The translations under genes were made by a program, and so were the position numbers. DNA of 64,000 nt, taken from the NCBI GenBank assembly GCA_001600695.1, contig BCKQ01000025.1, positions 20,343-84,342 on the forward strand. The letters run 5' to 3'. The notes under the pieces were generated by a model. The model saw only the letters and a program-made list of their open reading frames with translations, was not told the DNA's origin and did no database searches. Of the stretch, positions 18,554 through 31,000 are shown piece by piece (position 1 is the stretch's first letter; the number at the start of each line of letters is the position of its first letter). Source of the stretch: Ascoidea asiatica JCM 7603. Lineage: Eukaryota > Fungi > Ascomycota.

Positions 18554-21500
18554 ATGGATCATCTCACTGTATTTGGTGAAACTCCTATTAACTACGACGA
18601 TAATCTCCCAGTGGAGGAACTTGTCATCTTACCCCAGGACTCTCCCAATGACATTAACTTAACCAATATCAATTCAAAATCAAAATCAACAATTATAAAT
18701 CAATCTGGAATTGATACTGAAGATGAAAACTTATTATATAAAGATCCTGAATTATATTTATCAAATCATTTAGCTTCTTATTCTACCATTTTTACACTTA
18801 CAAATAATAATGAAAAAATTATTCAAAATGATGATGATTTAGAAATTTCACCACCTTCAAGTTCCAGAAGTATTAAAAGTAATTCAACTATTACTTCTCA
18901 GTTAGATGACGAACAAGAACATGAAGACATAGACTTAGATTTAGATTCATCTTCAATTTCAAATGAAAATTCAATTAAAAATTATCCTTTTGATGCTTTA
19001 AATTTAAAAATTATAAATAATTCATCTTCTTTATTATTAATTCCATTAAATTTATCATCTAATTCATCATCATCTAATCCCTCATCAAACTCTTTAAAAA
19101 ATTCATTAAAAATACTTAAAATTAATATTCCTGAAAAAATTATTTCAAATTGTTTAATAATTAATCAAAATGTTAAAAAAAATTTAATTTTAATTGATTT
19201 TTTAACTGAAAATGGTATTTTCATTCAACTTAATTTTAATATCTTTACTCATTTCTCATTCATTTCAAATAAAACCATCACCACCACAACTAGTAAACTT
19301 AATATGAAAAATTGGTGTAATGCTTCAATAATTTATAATTTTAATATAAGAAAACCAAATTTTATTTATTCTTTGAATTTTAAAAATTTTATAATTTTTT
19401 TTAAAGATGGTGGTTTATTAAATTGTAAAAAAATTAAAAATTTTAAAATTAATTCAATTTTATTTAATGATAATTCTTATTTTAATTTAACTTTTGGTAA
19501 AATTTTTAATTTTAATAAATCTTTAACTCCTAATTTAATCTCAAATTCAAATTCAAATTCAAATTTAAATTCTAATAATTCTGTATTAGATTCAAACTAT
19601 TCAATTAATTCAATCTTAGATTCTAAGATTATCAATAATCAATATCTTATAACAATTTCAATTAATAAATCTTTAAAAATTTGGCATTTACAATCAAATT
19701 CTTTAATTAAACAACAAATACTTTCAAATGATAATTCAAATACTAATAATAATAATTCAATAATTCCTTTAACTTTAAAATCAAATTTATTATCTTTAAT
19801 TCCATCTCAAAAAAATCCAAATGAAATTTTTTATTTATTAACTTATTTACCAATTGGTAATGGTTTTTTAAAATTTTGGAAAATTATATTATCTGAAAAA
19901 AATCAAAATTGTGAATTGATTGATTTAGGTTCAAATTTTGAAATTATTCCAATTTTACCTTCAAATTCATTATCAAATAATTCTAAAACTAATAATGATA
20001 ATACTAGTACCACTACTACTGATAATAATAATTCAAATTGGTTTATTTCTGATTTTAAATTAATTAATTCAAATTTCTTGAAAATTAATAAAAACTTATT
20101 TAATAATAAATTTAATGATGAAAATTTATTCTCTGTTTTCATACTTTGGAAAAGTAATATTTCAACAAATATTCAATTATTATCAATTGATATTTCAAAT
20201 GGTAATAAATTTTGGTTTAATTCAAAAATTAATAATTATATCACCAATACTACTAATAATAATTTTATCACTAATAATAATTTCTTAGATTCTGAATCAT
20301 TTTCTGAATATTTCATAAATAAAATTTTTGATCAATCAATTTATCCAAATTTAATTATTAAAATTGCATTACCAATTTTTGAAAAATTATTTAATTCAAA
20401 TGAATCTTTAGATTCTTCAATTAATTCTAATTCTAATTCTAATTCCAATATTAATAATTATTCAAAAAAGTTTCCAATTGATTTATCTTTAAGAGAAAGA
20501 TCTTGTAAAATTTTAAATAAATTAATTATAAATTCAAATAATTATGAAAATGATTTAAAACTTCAATGGCAAAGATTTGATTCTTTATTAAATCAATTAA
20601 TTAAAAAATCAAATGAACCTTTATCTTTATCTTTAATTCCAAATAATAATTTATTAATTTTAAATAAAAATTTAAATTTCTCAAATTTTAAAATTTTATC
20701 AGATTTTCAAATTTTATATTTAAATTCAGACTTTCAAATCAATAATTCTAATCAATTAATTTTAAATCCAAATTTCAATTCTTTCAAAAGAAAATTCTCT
20801 ATTTCAAATTCAAATGATCATAATCAAGAAATTTTAAATTTTATTAATGTAATAAAAATTTTTTCAAAATCATTACCTCAAATTGTTTTAAATAATCTTA
20901 AAAATCAACTTAATAATCATTCTTCAATAAATTCAATTTCTTTAAATGATCAAATGAATGATATTTTTACTTCATGTCTTGCAGGACAAATTAATCTTGA
21001 TTTATTAGAAGCTTTAAGTAATCAATTAAATAAAATCCCAAATGCTTTAAATATTATTGATTATCTTGTTGATTTACCTAATGAATTTGATTTCAATTCA
21101 ATTTTCTTGAATTATGTTTCTAATTTTAATAAAGAGGAGTTTTTCAAAAATTCCTTATTATCTCAATCTTTTAAAGATTTATTAATTATTCTTCAAAGTA
21201 TTTATCTAAATATTATTCTTATGCTTTTAGTATTGAATTTCAACAATGATCAATCTGAAGTTTATTTTGAAAAATTATTATCATATTATAGTAATATTAA
21301 TTTAGCTTTACTTTCAATGGACGTTAATTTTGATTTAATTTTCTCCGATGAAGATAATGATGGTGATTTTGATTTATCTGGTTCAAATTCTTTAATAAAA
21401 CCTATTGAAATAAAGAAAAATAATGTAAGTAATTTATCTTCGTCTTTATTCATTTTTGTTGTCAACAAACATTTAAAAATTAATTTAGCATTTAATAGTG

Positions 21501-22678
21501 ACTTAAATATTACTCTCAAATATTTACTTTCCTATATTAATTCGAAATATTTTCTTTATAGTATTTCCTCAACTCTATTATCATATTCACATGCTAATAT
21601 ACTAAGGAACAGATTTTATATATATTTTGATAATTCAGCCATCAGTGATTTATTAAAAGCTTTAACTCTTTTTCAAACTGGAGAAGTAAGCAGATCTTTT
21701 TCCTTATTTCAAAATAATGCTAGTAAAATTTTGGATTATAAAATAACCAGAAAGGATTTCTTATCAATTAAGGGCATTGAACATATAGATATTTTTTTCA
21801 ACGAAAAAGAAATAATTGATGAAGATGATGAATTAGCAATTGATATTGAGGTTAAATCAAAATCTTTATCTTCATATTATTTCGACTTATCTCTTTTATT
21901 CTCCGATAAACATTATTTTTCAACTGCAATCAAATTTTCTAAATTATCATTAGATATCCTATTACAAGATGGAAATAAAAATGAAAATTTAATACAAAGA
22001 AATTATGAAAATATGTTTGTTATCTCTCTGGAACTATCAGATTTCGATGGGGCCTATAATGCATTAATGAAAATAAAATCAGAACCAATTAAAGTTAAAT
22101 GTTTGAAAAAATTCATCTCAAAATCATTTCATTCCTCCTCAGATGACATTAAAATGTTGGTACTGTACCCATTTCTTGGAACTGACGATACTGTTGATAC
22201 AATATTATTTCAAGAAGCAAATTCCTTTGACTTTGTCAAAACTACAAGAGAAGAATATTGGATAAATTTCAACAAAGCCTTGCGATATTTTAAAGTTCTT
22301 TATTCTTGGAGATTGAATCACAAAAATCCTAGGGGTGCTTGTGAAGCATTATACCATTTTATAAGCAAATATCACTACACTATTTCTGTTAACGGAGAAA
22401 ATAGTAAGGCTCTTATAACTTCTAGTTCTTCAAAGAAGTTCAACAAAAAGCTGAAAGCCAGAAATTTAACAATATTTCAGCTATACAGTATAGTCTTAAA
22501 TTTATTAAAGACATTCAAAAGTGAAGATGACAGGTGGATATTGAAACAGAATTTAGAATATTTGTATAAAGATAAAAAACATGAGGATGAGTTTTTACTT
22601 CTAACTTTTAATGACTTAAGAGATGAGTTTAATTCATTTACTAAAACCATAGATGATAGCTTTTCGGTTGAGATATAA
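18554..22678 (+). CDS. NUP120: Nucleoporin Nup120/Nup160
   Basis: FKDGGLL and LITISINKSLKIWHL beta-propeller motifs; C-terminal YKVLYSWRL..NPRGACEALY-type motif; 1374 aa. Confidence 0.8.
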   Translation: MDHLTVFGETPINYDDNLPVEELVILPQDSPNDINLTNINSKSKSTIINQSGIDTEDENLLYKDPELYLSNHLASYSTIFTLTNNNEKIIQNDDDLEISPPSSSRSIKSNSTITSQLDDEQEHEDIDLDLDSSSISNENSIKNYPFDALNLKIINNSSSLLLIPLNLSSNSSSSNPSSNSLKNSLKILKINIPEKIISNCLIINQNVKKNLILIDFLTENGIFIQLNFNIFTHFSFISNKTITTTTSKLNMKNWCNASIIYNFNIRKPNFIYSLNFKNFIIFFKDGGLLNCKKIKNFKINSILFNDNSYFNLTFGKIFNFNKSLTPNLISNSNSNSNLNSNNSVLDSNYSINSILDSKIINNQYLITISINKSLKIWHLQSNSLIKQQILSNDNSNTNNNNSIIPLTLKSNLLSLIPSQKNPNEIFYLLTYLPIGNGFLKFWKIILSEKNQNCELIDLGSNFEIIPILPSNSLSNNSKTNNDNTSTTTTDNNNSNWFISDFKLINSNFLKINKNLFNNKFNDENLFSVFILWKSNISTNIQLLSIDISNGNKFWFNSKINNYITNTTNNNFITNNNFLDSESFSEYFINKIFDQSIYPNLIIKIALPIFEKLFNSNESLDSSINSNSNSNSNINNYSKKFPIDLSLRERSCKILNKLIINSNNYENDLKLQWQRFDSLLNQLIKKSNEPLSLSLIPNNNLLILNKNLNFSNFKILSDFQILYLNSDFQINNSNQLILNPNFNSFKRKFSISNSNDHNQEILNFINVIKIFSKSLPQIVLNNLKNQLNNHSSINSISLNDQMNDIFTSCLAGQINLDLLEALSNQLNKIPNALNIIDYLVDLPNEFDFNSIFLNYVSNFNKEEFFKNSLLSQSFKDLLIILQSIYLNIILMLLVLNFNNDQSEVYFEKLLSYYSNINLALLSMDVNFDLIFSDEDNDGDFDLSGSNSLIKPIEIKKNNVSNLSSSLFIFVVNKHLKINLAFNSDLNITLKYLLSYINSKYFLYSISSTLLSYSHANILRNRFYIYFDNSAISDLLKALTLFQTGEVSRSFSLFQNNASKILDYKITRKDFLSIKGIEHIDIFFNEKEIIDEDDELAIDIEVKSKSLSSYYFDLSLLFSDKHYFSTAIKFSKLSLDILLQDGNKNENLIQRNYENMFVISLELSDFDGAYNALMKIKSEPIKVKCLKKFISKSFHSSSDDIKMLVLYPFLGTDDTVDTILFQEANSFDFVKTTREEYWINFNKALRYFKVLYSWRLNHKNPRGACEALYHFISKYHYTISVNGENSKALITSSSSKKFNKKLKARNLTIFQLYSIVLNLLKTFKSEDDRWILKQNLEYLYKDKKHEDEFLLLTFNDLRDEFNSFTKTIDDSFSVEI

Positions 22679-23050
22679 AGTGTAGAAAGTATTATATAAT
22701 TTTATTCAAATAAATAAATTCAGTTTGCATCGGTAAATAGATAAAAAAATTTAAACAAGTAATTTACACTATTTCTACAGTTGAAACCACGAGATTATTC
22801 ATAAAAAACATATAATTATATATATATAGCGCATAAAAACAAGAAAAAATGTAAGAGTTAATTATGAAAAAAGTCAACGAAGTTAACAGCAAAAACCTTT
22901 ACAATAAAAATGCATACCAAAGACTGGTAATATAGTCAAAACTAGATGGAGGGAAAAAAAATTACAACTTTTCCTACATGAGAAGATTGAGGACATACTT
23001 TTTTTTTAATAAATTAACGAATATAGAATTAAAACCTATGATAATTGTAT

Positions 23051-25237
23051 TTATGCGAAACCAAACTGTGGAGTTTCAGCTGTTATTTTTTCATTTTTAG
23101 CACCAAAATTCTGAATACATTTGGCCATAGTTGGAGAAGATCTTGAAATAACATCAGTGAAATAGAAATTTTCAATTGGATTTTTCAATGGAAGACCAAT
23201 TATTCCCTGTGATAATGATTTTGAAAGATAATCGAAACTTGTAGAAGCCAATTCACTAGAAACTGGCTCGATAATTTCATGTCTAACAAGATGTGGAGCT
23301 ACTTCTTCTAATCTTGCTCTAATTGCAAATATATCATCATATGGTAATGAAGCTCCCAAATAATCAGATAATGCTCTTATAATTTTCCAATCTTCTCTTG
23401 CAACACCTGGTGCATTAGTAGCAGCTCTTGTTACCTGTACTCTTCCTTCTGTGTTAACAAAAGTAGCATTTTTTTCAGTATAAGCAGATCCGGGCAAAAT
23501 AACATCGGCCAATGAAGCACCAATATCACCATGATGACCCTGGTAAATAACAAAGGCATCTTTTGGAATATCAGAAGGTTTAACATCATCTGCACCTAAT
23601 AAATATATAATTTTTGGAACTGTTTTTGAAATTTCTTTTGAAGCTGGAGCAAATCCAATATCTAAAGCACCAACTCTTGAAGCTTCATGATGTAATATAT
23701 TAAAACCATTCCATTCTGGGGTATTAAAAGTAGATGCGTGATCTTTAGAGAATTTAGAGACTAATTCAAAAACTGATGCAGCATCAGCTGAATCACTCAC
23801 ACTAGAACCAACAATAATCATTGGTTTTTTAGCAGATGCAAGTTTTTTACCATATTCACCTTCTAAAGCACCTTTTAAGGCATTTGCATTATCACCTAAA
23901 TAATTTAAGTCAAATGTAGAATCAAATTTTTCACCAACTGAAGCAACTTCTAAATCTGATCTTAACCAAATTTTTCTTATTCTAGCATTAAGAACAGCAG
24001 CTTCATGTCTTGGATTAGTACCAACCAATAATATTTGGTCAGCATCTTCAATACCATCAATAGTTGAATTAAAAATATAATTTGATCTAATATCAGAACC
24101 TTGAGTTGGAGGTAAAGAACCATTAGGGGTATCAATTGCTAAATTTTCTGAGCCTAATTTATTAGTTAAATCTTTTAAAGCAACCATTGATTCAACATCA
24201 GCTAAAGCACCAGAAATTGATTTAAATTCATTGCCTTCAGGCTTAAGTTGATTAATAGCAGATACAACTGTAGATAAAGCTTCATCCCAAGTTGCTATTT
24301 CAAATTTATTACCATTTTTAATCAATGGAGTTGTTAATCTTTGAGTTTTTAAACCATCACAAGCAAATCTTGTTTTATCAGAAATCCATTCTTCATTTAT
24401 ATCATCATTTAATCTTGGTAAAACTCTCATAACTTCAATACCTCTTGTATCTACTCTAATATTAGAACCTAAAGCATCTAAAACATCAATAGTTTCAGTT
24501 CTTTTTAATTCCCAAGGTCTTGCTTTAAAAGCATATGGTTTTGAAGTTAAAGCTCCAACAGGACATAAATCAATAATATTACCAGATAATTCTGAATTTA
24601 AATTTCTTTGAACATAAGTACCAATTTGCATATCATTACCACGACCAGCACTACCGAATTCAGGAGCACCAGCGATATCATTTAAAAATCTTACACATCT
24701 TGTACAATGAATACATCTATTCATTGAGGTTTTAACTAAAGGACCAATAGCTTTATTTTCAACAGATCTTTTACCTTCAAGTTCATTAAATCTACCTCTA
24801 TCAGAGCCATATCTTAAAGATTGTTCTTGTAAATCACATTCACCACCTTGATCACAAATTGGGCAATCTAAAGGATGATTTTGTAATAACATTTCAGTTA
24901 CACCTTCTCTTGAATGTTTAATTTTTTCAGAATCTGTATGAACTACCATTCCATCTCTTACAGGAAAAGCACAAGAAGCTATCAATTTAGGAGCTCTTTC
25001 AACTTCAACTAAACACATTCTACAATTACCTGCTATTGCTAATTTTTCATGATAACAATAACGTGGAACTGCAACACCTGCTTTATCACAAGCCTGAATA
25101 ATCGAAGAACCATTTTCAATTTGAACAGTTACACCATCTACAGTTACAGAAACTTCACCTTTGCGAATTATAGAAGAAGAAAACTGTCTTTTGAATGAGC
25201 TTCTTGAAACAGCCTTTAATATAGATCGAGAAAGCAT
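23051..25237 (-). CDS. NUAM: Complex I 75 kDa Fe-S subunit (NUAM/NDUFS1)
   Basis: PRYCYHEKLAIAGNCRMCLVE, HPLDCPICDQGGECDLQ, MNRCIHCTRCVRF; mitochondrial presequence. Confidence 0.98.
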   Translation of the reverse strand: MLSRSILKAVSRSSFKRQFSSSIIRKGEVSVTVDGVTVQIENGSSIIQACDKAGVAVPRYCYHEKLAIAGNCRMCLVEVERAPKLIASCAFPVRDGMVVHTDSEKIKHSREGVTEMLLQNHPLDCPICDQGGECDLQEQSLRYGSDRGRFNELEGKRSVENKAIGPLVKTSMNRCIHCTRCVRFLNDIAGAPEFGSAGRGNDMQIGTYVQRNLNSELSGNIIDLCPVGALTSKPYAFKARPWELKRTETIDVLDALGSNIRVDTRGIEVMRVLPRLNDDINEEWISDKTRFACDGLKTQRLTTPLIKNGNKFEIATWDEALSTVVSAINQLKPEGNEFKSISGALADVESMVALKDLTNKLGSENLAIDTPNGSLPPTQGSDIRSNYIFNSTIDGIEDADQILLVGTNPRHEAAVLNARIRKIWLRSDLEVASVGEKFDSTFDLNYLGDNANALKGALEGEYGKKLASAKKPMIIVGSSVSDSADAASVFELVSKFSKDHASTFNTPEWNGFNILHHEASRVGALDIGFAPASKEISKTVPKIIYLLGADDVKPSDIPKDAFVIYQGHHGDIGASLADVILPGSAYTEKNATFVNTEGRVQVTRAATNAPGVAREDWKIIRALSDYLGASLPYDDIFAIRARLEEVAPHLVRHEIIEPVSSELASTSFDYLSKSLSQGIIGLPLKNPIENFYFTDVISRSSPTMAKCIQNFGAKNEKITAETPQFGFA

Positions 25238-26404
25238 TTTATTTCAAATATTATTATTATTATTTTTTTTTTTTTTCTTCGTCTCACAAGGAATCGAATA
25301 ATAACCAAGTTGATATATAACTATAATAATTTTTCTAGAATATTATACACCAATGTCAATTCAACCTGCTTAATAATTGTTTAAACAATTCCACAATGAT
25401 CCTCTGATGGTTATTTTCTTTGATAATCGATGAAACACTGTTCAATCATTAGACAGTTCTTCAATTCTTCCAGCTCTTTCACTTTCTCAATCACTTTCCA
25501 GTGCATCTATGAATGTTATTTGCTTCATCCGCTCCCAGAAATGTAAGCAGTAAAAAAGACCATTTTGATTGGAGAACTCTCGCGGCTATCAGACCCTCTT
25601 ACTTTGGGGTCTATCTGCACTAAACCCCCTTCAACAATTTTTATCAAATCTCTTTTTAAACCCTACTTTCGGGAGCTATATCAAAACACGTGATTTAGAG
25701 GTCTGAAACAAAGTGTTTCACATATATGCAATCCATATAATTGGTCTCTTTACCATAAAATAAAGAGTAAAAATTGGAAGAAAAAAAGAAATAAAAATTA
25801 AAATCAGCTTGAAAATAGTAGTTAAAAATGGAATTATAATGAGAAATCAAAAGATTTATGAAATGAGATAAGAAAAAAAAGATAAAAAAGGAATATTAAT
25901 GAAGACTTTTCGTAACGGGATTGGTTAGCTATTTTTTTATGTTTATAATTTTTGGATTTCCTCTTGTTTACTATAGATAATAGAACGTGTATTAGTGGCT
26001 TAATCCTAAATTTATATGAACTCAGATAAATCCTGATAAGAGAGACATAGTTAAGAATTTTCAAGATACTTTTATTGTTTTAACCAAAAAAACCCTTCAA
26101 TTCAAAATATTTACAAAATGATAAGTATTATGAAGGTGAATATTTTAAACTCTAACTGAATTTATAGAAGAAATTCACTTAAATCTTCATTACTCAAGTA
26201 TACTCTTACATGTGTTATATTCTTCGATAAAATTGAAATTTTTTATAATTATGTCCTTAAATAAACATAGATGAGAAAATAAATCTAAAAACAAGAAAAA
26301 CACTATGAAAAAATGGGTTGAAAAAAAATAGGTTATTCAAATTCGAGTTCAACTTGAAATGTCATTTTTATATAATTACATGATTGAAATATTACTTTTT
26401 GTTT

Positions 26405-27484
26405 TTATTGATATTCAGGATCATTTGAAGCTTTTTCACTTGAATTTTTTTTACCAAACAAGAATGCTAAACCAAAATATGGTTTATTTAATGGACTTTC
26501 TTTACCTTGGTAAATAAATAAATCATAAATAAATCCACCTAAAAGACATCCAACAATTGGAGCAATAACTGGAACCCATGAATAACTATGATAAGCCGTA
26601 AACATATCAGAACCATAGCCCAAGGAAACTGCAGCAACTCTTGGAGCAAAATCTCTTGCCATATTTAAAGCATACCTTGTTTGATAACCAAAACACGAAC
26701 CTACTGCAAAAATTAGAACGAATAAACCAATTGGAAACCAATTTCCAGCAGGAGAATTATATGGATCAGTCAAACTAAAAATACCAATTTCTAATAAAGC
26801 ACTTGCAACTAATTCACTTACAAATTGTTCTTTAATTGAAATGAAGTCGACAGGAAATGTACAAAATACACCCGCAGAAGCAGTATCACCGAATACATTT
26901 CTATTTTGTCTACCACCTTCAAAATTATCAAAAGATCCAATATAAGTACCATAAACAAGATAAGCACCAATCATACCACCTAATAATTGAGAAAATATAT
27001 AACCAGGAACTTTTTTCCAAGGAAATTCTCTATAAACTGCAGCAGAAATAGTTACAGCAGGATTTAAATGACCACCAGATATACCACCAGAACAATGAAA
27101 ACCTAACATTACAGCAGCTGCCCAAGCTAAAACACCTGTAGTATAATTACCTGCAGAATTCGATGATAATTTAATTTGAGCTGCAACACCATCACCATAC
27201 ATAACTAAAACCATTGTACCAATGAACTCTGCAAAAGGCTCTCTTAATGAATGTCTAAATTCACTCCATTTATTATTAAATTCTACTGATGACTCTTGTT
27301 CATCTTTTATATCATTATTACTTGGATATTCTAAACCTGATGAAGGATTTCTAGCTTCTCCAAAATGTTTACTTCTATGTTTATTCAAATGAGATTTTTC
27401 TTTTGAATTATATTCAGAATTTGATAGAATTACCACTGGATCATCCATATAATTTGATAAAGAATCATTATTCATTTCTTCCAT
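26405..27484 (-). CDS. Aquaglyceroporin (MIP family, NPA/NMA)
   Basis: EPFAEFIGT, GGISGGHLNPAVT, YALNMARDFAPR; the Asp after the second motif is the GlpF-type signature. Confidence 0.92.
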   Translation of the reverse strand: MEEMNNDSLSNYMDDPVVILSNSEYNSKEKSHLNKHRSKHFGEARNPSSGLEYPSNNDIKDEQESSVEFNNKWSEFRHSLREPFAEFIGTMVLVMYGDGVAAQIKLSSNSAGNYTTGVLAWAAAVMLGFHCSGGISGGHLNPAVTISAAVYREFPWKKVPGYIFSQLLGGMIGAYLVYGTYIGSFDNFEGGRQNRNVFGDTASAGVFCTFPVDFISIKEQFVSELVASALLEIGIFSLTDPYNSPAGNWFPIGLFVLIFAVGSCFGYQTRYALNMARDFAPRVAAVSLGYGSDMFTAYHSYSWVPVIAPIVGCLLGGFIYDLFIYQGKESPLNKPYFGLAFLFGKKNSSEKASNDPEYQ

Positions 27485-28035
27485 TTTTTCAAAGTTTTTT
27501 TTAAATTAATTTTTGATCTATTAATTTAGCCATTTTTAAAAGAAAAAATTAAAAAAATGAATAGAAGAATGAATTGTGAAAAAATTGAAGCATTATTCTT
27601 CATTTATAAAAGTATCAAACAATTTTATTAATTTTAACATTACGAATCAATAAATAATTTAATAGAATTTAATAAAGTGGTAGTTTTGTAAGAAAAGCAG
27701 TATATTTATATATCTATCTTTATTTTAGAGATATAAAACCCTGAAAATTTAGGAAAAAAAAATGAAAAATCTGGATATGTCAGTAAATGCATGTCATACC
27801 TTGTAAAACATAAAAACACCTCTTTCTACAGTACAAAAGTGGAAATGAGAGGAGGAGTCTCTTTTACCAGGATACTGCTTACAAATGAATTTTTCTCAAA
27901 CTTTCTTACAAAAACTGGTAATAATAATAATTAAAATTTACGATATAAATTATAATAATGGTATCATTTTAAACAACAACAGGCGCAAAAGAAGTTGTAT
28001 TAAGTTCATCAGCATTTATTTAATGTGCAAAAGAT

Positions 28036-31000
28036 TTACCAATTGACAAAATTTTTACCAATTACTCTATAAACACAAATTTGACCACTCTTTAAATCAG
28101 AAGGTCTATAACTACTTTGTTTAATTTTTCCACCATTAGATTTTTCAATGGTTCTAAATTTTTCTTTCTTTGAGTCCCACTCTGTAACAATTGCAGAAAA
28201 TGGTTTACCTTCAAATCCAACATTAAATACCATTTTTTGATGTAATTTATTGTGTCCATTGAATTTACCTTTACTTATTGTTATTATATCACCGGGTTTG
28301 AAATCTCCAATTTTAATTATATTTGAATTAGAATTATTTTTATAAATTAATAAACCGAATGTAGATCCAATTGGTTTTAGAATATTTGGAATTTGATTCA
28401 ACAATGAATTAACAAAGTCATCTGTAATATTACTTCCAATTGATTTTATAGCTAATTGGTATACCTTTTTACCAAATGAATTATAGGTATTATCTAATAA
28501 ATCTTCATTTATAGTTGGAGTAGGAATATGTATTTGAGAAAATATAATTGATTTTTGAGGGTTATTTGAATCAAATAAAAGTGTTAATATTGTTTGAGAA
28601 TAATCATCATATAAAATATAATAGTCTCTATTTATAAACTTTCTATTACCTCTTTTAATTAATTCGTTTTCTTCAACCTCGAAAATTAAATCTTTTCCAA
28701 ATCTTTTCATTAATGAATATGGTAATTCTTTTCCTAACCACCAATCTGATGATTCTTCGACATCAATTTCAATATTTTTTGGGAGATTATTATCTTCATT
28801 AGTATCTAATAATGAATAACTATCAATCGAACTTCTTGGATATGATCGTTCAGATCTATAACTTGTAACACTATCCATCGACTTTCTGGAGGAAACTGGC
28901 TCAATTATTGAATTACTAGTACTTGATCTTCGAATATTTCTTAATTCAGTAGTTTCATCTTCAATTTCAGGTGAATTTTTTAAATTTTCCGAATTTGCTG
29001 AATTCAATGGTAATGATGGTGCAATGCTTTTTGGAAGTGGTGGAACCGAATCAGGTAATTTTGGGGGTGAATTCTTTGGTGCACTTGGAACATGAATAGC
29101 TTCAGTATCATCATCAGCTTCATAACCAGTTACTTCACCTTCTGAAATAATATTATTATCAATTGGAATAGGTGGTATAGAAGAAGGGGGTGGTGGCGGA
29201 AGAAGTTTATTCGGTCTTTTTCCAATTAAATTTTGATCAATCAGTTTGCTTCTAGCTTGAAAAGAATGATCACTTTCATCAAATGAGGCACCTGATGCAG
29301 TTGATTGATTTAAATCTCCAATTAGTCCAGTTTTACTAATAATAGAGTCTCTTTTTGGTGGTTTTGGGGGTGAAACTGATCTTTTGAAATCTTTATCAGT
29401 TTCATCATATTCATCTTCTTCATAGGTTTCAACTTGTTCATCTTCTTCTGACATAATAGGAATTTTTATTTTTTTATCATTAATCCCAATTTTGCCAATC
29501 ATATCGTTTTCAGGAAGATTTTCTCTTAAAGCATTCATATTAAAAGCATCTTGACTTATAGAATCATTATTTTCTGAGAGTTGATTTTTGTTTTCACTAG
29601 TTTCTTCAAAAGTTTCTAAATCTGAATCCAGATATTTTTCATCATCTGATTCTTTTGAAATTTCTTTACTATCGTTTTCTATATTTTTATTTGGGTTTTC
29701 ATTTAAACTTTCATTATCACCATTAGATGGTGTTGTATGATGTTTACTTAATGCCGGAGGCAATTGAGTTGGATTTGTAAATGGCAATATTGGAACAGCT
29801 TTAGGTAATTCAGATTGTTCTTCGTTTTCATTTTCTTCTTCAATTTGAGTTTTTTTGGATTTTTTTTTGGATTTTTTTGGAGGTATAGCACCAAATGGAC
29901 TAGCACCCATACCCATCATTCCAAACATTCCCATACCACCAGAAAGTTTAGCCATTCTTTCTCTTAAAGCAGCTTTACGTGCTTCTTCACTATCTTCCTC
30001 TTCTTCAGATTCAGATTCTTCTTCTTCATTTTCATTTTTATCATTTCTGATTTCTGATTCTGATAAAGATTTAGAATCATCTTCAGATTCATTCACTTGA
30101 ATGCTATCTTGTTTAATTTTTTGAGATTCTTTAATTTCATTATCATCATTTTCCTCACTTACAGGTAATGGAATAGGAATCATTGGAATAGTAGATTGTC
30201 TTGAAGGTGATTTAAATGAAGATTCAGTAGTATTTGATCTTTTAATAGATTTTGGAGAATCTTCAGATATAATATTACTTGAATCTAAAGCTTCTGGATT
30301 ATTTTCTAAATTAGAAGTTTCTTGTGAATCACCTTCAGATTTAATTGTAGAAGAATCAGAACCAGGAATTGGTACATGTTTTTTTTTCTTTTTATCTAAT
30401 TTTTTCTTCTCTAATTTTTTTTGATGTAAAGCTTCTTCTCTATCAGCTTCTTCCTTTTGCCTTGTTTGCAATAAAGCAATTCTTTCTCTTAAACTCATTT
30501 TTGGTAAAGCATCAACTTCTTCTTCATGATCATTAGTTTGATTATTAGATATCGGAGGACTAGGAGTAGAAGCGGAAGTATTTGTTGAATTTGAAGAATT
30601 GAAACTCTCAGTTCTTTGTTTTTGTTTTTGATATTGATTTGAATTAGAGTTTGAAAAAGAAGGAGGAATATAAGATGAATGAGATGAAGTTGCCCATATT
30701 GGTTTTTTCACAAAAGATTGTTCTTTTGGCTTAAAAGAAGGTAAAACTGGAGCAGAAGATTGATTAAAAGCAGCAATTTTATTGAAAAAATCATTTTTTT
30801 TAGCCGGTTTCAATGGTTTAGATGATGATTGTGATGAAGATAATGAAGATGATGGTAAATTTACTTTTTTTGAAAGAATTTCAGAAGAAGTAATCGATTC
30901 AATTTTAGTATTTTGTTTTGGTTGAGTGGTAGGAATTGAAGGAATTTTTGAAGATTCAGGTTCTACTTTTATTGTATTTGTATTTGTGTTTGTGTTTGTA

